From positions 1 through 10,959 of the forward strand of contig NW_021827106.1 of NCBI RefSeq assembly GCF_006345805.1: a stretch of 10,959 bases of DNA, in the 5' to 3' direction. Positions 7,641 to 10,959 of this stretch are shown piece by piece. The position numbers were made by a program, and so were the translations under genes. Within the stretch, counting starts at the first letter, position 1. Every line of letters begins with the position of its first letter. The notes beneath the pieces were generated by a model. The model worked only from the letters and a program-made list of their open reading frames with translations, did no database searches and was not told the DNA's origin. The stretch comes from Octopus sinensis (taxonomy: Eukaryota).

Positions 7641-7795
7641 GAAGAGGTCGGTATCATTGATTTCAGAACATTTTTGATACTTGATTCCATCTATGGGCTC
7701 GAAAGCAAACATGACTTTGGTGGGATTTGAAATCAGAACGTAATGATATGGAATAATTGCTTCTAAGTTTCTAACTTTGTGTAATGTCAGCTATT
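7641..7795 (-). mobile_element. Family B SINE, highly diverged
   Basis: GAAAGCAAACATGACTTTGGTGGGATTTGAAATCAGAACGTAA matches the core-head junction. Confidence 0.5.
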
Positions 7796-7801
7796 TTAAG
7801 A

Positions 7802-7924
7802 GGACGGTGTTTGCAGATCCCATCAACCACAGTACTCGACTGTAATCATTTTATAGACGCAGGAAGGATGAAAGGTAAAACTGACTTAAGCAGGATTTGA
7901 AATCTGAACGGAAAGAGTCTGAAT
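7802..7924 (-). mobile_element. Family B SINE, diverged, truncated by the LINE fragment
   Basis: TTTTATAGACGCAGGAAGGATGAAAGGTAAAACTGACTTAAGCAGGATTTGAAATCTGAACGGAAAGAG. Confidence 0.6.
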
Positions 7925-8176
7925 AAGATGTGGGGAATGAAAAGCAGCACAGCACCAGTGGTAATTGGAGCGTTAGGACTAATTAAAAAGGGCCTTAATA
8001 AGCAGCTCAACAAACTCTTTTGCTGTGTTAACGTGGGAGAACTTCAGAAAATAGTGTTGCAAGGTTCCGCACACATTTTACGCCGTGTGCTCTCCATGAG
8101 ATGAGGACCTGCTGTGACCCTAGGGTCAAGGGATGACCCCGATTCAGTAAAAGACAACGAGCCTTATTTTATTTTT
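7925..8176 (+). mobile_element. 3' end of a restriction-like-endonuclease LINE (R4/Dong, Rex6-like)
   Basis: Open frame 7925-8104: KMWGMKSSTAPVVIGALGLIKKGLNKQLNKLFCCVNVGELQKIVLQGSAHILRRVLSMR*. The MW..K...PVVIGALG and QK...LG.A.ILR motifs end the RLE domain of R4-clade elements. A short UTR and an (AAT)n tail follow. Clade assignment is from recalled motifs. Confidence 0.75.
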
Positions 8177-8177
8177 A

Positions 8178-8239
<62 letters not shown>

Positions 8240-8252
8240 TAATAATAATAAT
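8178..8252. repeat. (AAT)25 microsatellite with one GAT variant
   Basis: Directly visible; GAT at 8238-8240. Confidence 0.95.
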
Positions 8253-8440
8253 TATTTCTACTATAAAGTACAAGACCTGAAATTTCAGGGCAAGGGGATA
8301 GCTGATTACATCGACTCCATTGCTTAACTAGTTCTTATTTTATCGACTCCCTTGAGGATGAAGGGCAAAGTTGACCTTGAAGGAAGTTGAACACAGAACG
8401 TCAAGCCGGAAGATAACGATTCGGTCATCTCGCTGCCTTG
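8251..8440 (-). mobile_element. Family B SINE with internal deletion in the head
   Basis: Tail TTTCTACTATAAAGTACAAGACCTGAAATTT, core TTTTATCGACTCCCTTGAGGATGAAGGGCAAAGTTGACC, head end ATAACGATTCGGTCATCTCGCTGCCTT. Confidence 0.75.
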
Positions 8441-8458
8441 CGTTATAATAAATATATG

Positions 8459-8600
8459 ACAGAGAGTCGTTAGATTATCGGAGGAAATGTGTTGTGGTAT
8501 ATATTCCGGTTTCTTGATTTCTGTGCTCAAATACTGCCGTGGTCGACTTTGTCTTTGATCCTTCCAGGGTCGATAATAAGTAAAGTAACAGTCTATAGGG
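8459..8600 (+). mobile_element. Family B SINE, diverged
   Basis: GAGTCGTTAG head, then GCTCAAATACTGCCGTGGTCGACTTTGTCTTTGATCCTTCCAGGGTCGATAA core. Confidence 0.65.
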
Positions 8601-8606
8601 TGGTGG

Positions 8607-8840
8607 AAGTGGCGAGCTAGCAGAAACGTTAGCACGCTGGGCGAAATGCGCAGCTGTATTTCGTCTGCCGTTACGTTCTGAGTTCAAATTACGCCGAGGT
8701 CGATTTTGCCTTTCATCCTTTCGAGGTCGATAAATTAAGTACCAGTTACGCACTGGGGTCGATGTAATGGACTTAATCTGTTTGTCCTTGTTTGTCTTCT
8801 CTGTGTTTAGCCCCTTGTGGGTAGTAAAGAAATAGGTATT
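8607..8840 (+). mobile_element. Family B SINE, young full-length copy
   Basis: A-box-like TAGCAGAAACG, B-box-like GAGTTCAAATT, core GCCTTTCATCCTTTCGAGGTCGATAAATTAAGTACCAG, tail CCCCTTGTGGGTAGTAAAGAAATAG. Nearly identical to the 10351 and 10485 copies. Confidence 0.9.
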
Positions 8841-8866
8841 GTTAGAGGATCAGATGTAATGCTTGG

Positions 8867-8916
8867 TTGTATTTATTGAAGCTCATTGTGTTCTGAGTTC
8901 AAATCGTGCCGCAGCC
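8867..8916 (+). mobile_element. Family B SINE fragment
   Basis: GTTCTGAGTTCAAAT (8890-8904) is identical to the family B B-box segment. Confidence 0.4.
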
Positions 8917-9009
8917 TACCAATTTGGATAGTCGATTCAATTCGTCTTTTGCTCGCTTTATTCTTGTCCATCGTCTTAAATTACATTTTTTTTTACATGG
9001 GAAGCCCCT

Positions 9010-9083
9010 CAGTCTTATCATTAAAGGTGCGAAACCGTTCTGATTGATAACTGATGAAGAATTAGGGACCCTCTGTGTCTTAT
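9010..9083 (+). other. Degenerate hammerhead-ribozyme-like motif (GAAA strand missing)
   Basis: GTC (9012-9014), stem TTATCA (9015-9020) / TGATAA (9045-9050), CTGATGA (9051-9057), AG..CT short stem II, and CTG (9073-9075) complementary to CAG (9010-9012). A second GTCTTAT lies at 9077-9083. There is no GAAA between 9072 and 9073. Confidence 0.35.
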
Positions 9084-9387
9084 ATGTTTTTATCTGTCAT
9101 TGTTAATTTACAATGCATTTTTTCACTTATTAGTAACGGTACGCAAAACACACCAGACGTTTATTAACACCACCCTCATATCATGGTCAGTGGGTGCAAG
9201 CGTTCGGGTCCAGGTCACAGATTTTAAGAGTACCTCCCTTTCTCCCTTTTCCTCTCTCCTCTTCTTCCTTTCGAACAACCTTGAAAGCCCTGTAAAAGGG
9301 TCAAAGACATTGCCCTTCCCTCCTGACTAAGCGATAGAAAATATTTATCACCGGAGTTGATGACACATTTGAAATCTATTTGGAAAG

Positions 9388-9770
9388 GGAGCCAGCCAGC
9401 CAGCCAACCAGCCAGCAGGCCATCCATCCATCCATCCATCCATCCATCCATCCATCCATCCATCCATCCAACCATCCAGCCATCCAACCATCCAGCCATC
9501 CATCCATCCATCCAACCATCCAGCCATCCAACCATCCAGCCATCCAACCATCCATCCATCCATCCATCCATCCATCCAGCCAGCCAGCCAACCATCCAGC
9601 CAGTCAACAAGCCAGCCAACAAGCCAGCCAGCCAGCCAGCCAGCCAGCCAACCATCCAGCCAGTCAACAAGCCAGCCAACAAGCCAGCCAGCCAGCCAGC
9701 CAGCCAACAAGCCAGCCAGTCAACAAGCCAGCCAACAAGCCAGCCAGCCAACCATCCATCCAGCCAGCCT

Positions 9771-9806
<36 letters not shown>

Positions 9807-9848
9807 ACCAGCCAGTCATCCAGCCAGCCAGCCAGCCTTCCATCCAGT
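9388..9848. repeat. Compound tetranucleotide satellite (CCAG/CCAT/CCAA)n
   Basis: About 460 bp of CCAN units. It is the source of the PASQ, PSIH and GWLA pseudo-ORFs. Confidence 0.95.
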
Positions 9849-10154
9849 CAGGCAGTTTAGTGTCAATGTGTTTCTTATCAAAGCGAGCTGTCTTCCGTTT
9901 TGACTCCCGAACCTGCTTGCTGCCAATTGCCGCTTCACACTGAATAAAATACTGCAAATGGTTGAGATGTTTGGCATTCCTCGATTTCGTCATTCCTTTC
10001 ATGTAATTTCATCAACGGAACTTCCCCGTGTAACCTTTCGCTTAAAAGCTGCTAAACATCCCGATTGTGTCAGCGCTGACAGACATTCATTCCTGGATAT
10101 GATCTCTGATCCAAACGATTTCGGGATTCTTCACTAACTTAATGAACTGAACTC

Positions 10155-10348
10155 GTTTGTGTTTGTACGGGTGTGTGTATGTGCGTGTGTGTGTATAAGT
10201 GAGAGAGAGAGACTGACAGAGGGAGAGAGTGTGTGCGTGCGTGTGTGTTTGTGTTTTATGTGACAATGAGTATGCGTGTGTGCGAATAGGATAGTGATTG
10301 TATGAATGTGTATGTAAATGACAGTCAATATGTGTGTGTGTGTGAGTG
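10155..10348. repeat. Degenerate (TG)n/(GA)n microsatellite
   Basis: Directly visible. Confidence 0.85.
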
Positions 10349-10350
10349 TC

Positions 10351-10959
10351 AAGGCGGCGAGCTGGCAGAAACGTTAGCACGCCGGGCGAAATGCGTTGCT
10401 GTATTTCGTCTGCCGTTACGTTCTGAGTTCAAATTCCGCTGAGGTCGACTTTGCCTTTCATCCTTTCGGGGTCGATTAAATAAGAACCTCTTTCTTTATT
10501 ACCCACAAGGGGCTAAAAACAGAGGGGACAAACAAGGACAGACATAGGTATTAAGTCGATTACATCGACCCCAGTGCGTAACTGGTACTTAATTTATCGA
10601 CCCCGAAAGGATGAAAGGCAAAGTCGACCTCGGCGGAATTCGAACTCACAACGTAATGCAGACGAAATACCGCTAAGCATTTTGCCCGGCGTGCTAACGT
10701 TTCTGCCAGCTCGCCGATTAAATAAGTACCAGTTACGCACTGGGGTCGATATAATCGACTGAATCCGTTTGTCTGTCTTTGTTCGTCCCTTCTGTTGTAG
10801 CCTCTTGTGGGCAGTAAAGAAATAGATATATCGTCTGTCTTTACGTTCTGAGTTCAAATTCTGCCGAGGTCGACTTTACCTTTCATCCTTCCGGAGTCGA
10901 TAAATTAAGTGTCATTTGCATACTGGGGTCGATGTAATCGACTGGCCCTCTCCCCCAAA
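10351..10959 (+). mobile_element. Family B SINE host (10351-10484 plus 10717-10959) with a second tandem core from about 10826
   Basis: The head and core break at GTCGATTAAATAAG (10484) and resume as ATTAAATAAGTACCAGTTACGCACTGGGG at 10717. After the tail, the B-box-core segment repeats and runs off the window. Confidence 0.9.
10485..10716 (-). mobile_element. Family B SINE, young full-length copy inserted antisense into the host
   Basis: The reverse complement matches 8607-8840 end to end. It is flanked by the identical direct repeat ATTAAATAAG at 10475-10484 and 10717-10726. Confidence 0.9.

Noticed and set aside
9231-9290. Polypyrimidine tract as a splice acceptor
   Set aside because: No good downstream exon or donor was found; treated as low-complexity CT sequence.
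9224-10002. Long overlapping ORFs (up to 187 aa) with PASQ, PSIH and GWLA repeats
   Set aside because: They are translations of a stop-free (CCAN)n satellite that is open in several frames on both strands.
10068-10081. 14-bp perfect palindrome TGTCAGCGCTGACA
   Set aside because: About 0.7 such palindromes are expected by chance in 11 kb (11000/4^7).
8607-10959. Recurrent conserved blocks that might suggest a CRISPR array or tRNA genes
   Set aside because: The copies are dispersed, in both orientations, with irregular spacing and TSDs. The heads have A/B-box-like motifs but no cloverleaf or acceptor stem. They are SINEs.

Overview
This is AT-rich, repeat-saturated eukaryotic DNA with no recognisable host-gene exon, so it is intergenic or deep intronic. 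The two tRNA-derived SINE families and dense TA/TG/TATG microsatellites resemble octopus (coleoid cephalopod) DNA; this assignment is an inference from recalled repeat families. Almost every ORF in the track is a microsatellite or SINE artefact. The real coding remnants are all decayed transposon genes, and most are invisible to the track: an internally deleted DD37D (maT) Tc1/mariner transposase (302-922, -), a Penelope-like GIY-YIG endonuclease (about 1385-1800, +), an RTE LINE 3' end (2757-3005, -) and an R4/Dong-type LINE 3' end (7925-8176, +). Non-coding structure includes two foldback elements (2523-2734 and 3226-3779), a hAT-Charlie MITE, and about 13 copies of one SINE family, two of them nested in other copies with target-site duplications. 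There are also two degenerate hammerhead-ribozyme-like motifs (2581-2646 and 9010-9083), which may be relics of Penelope-like terminal repeats. Neither motif has an intact catalytic core here.
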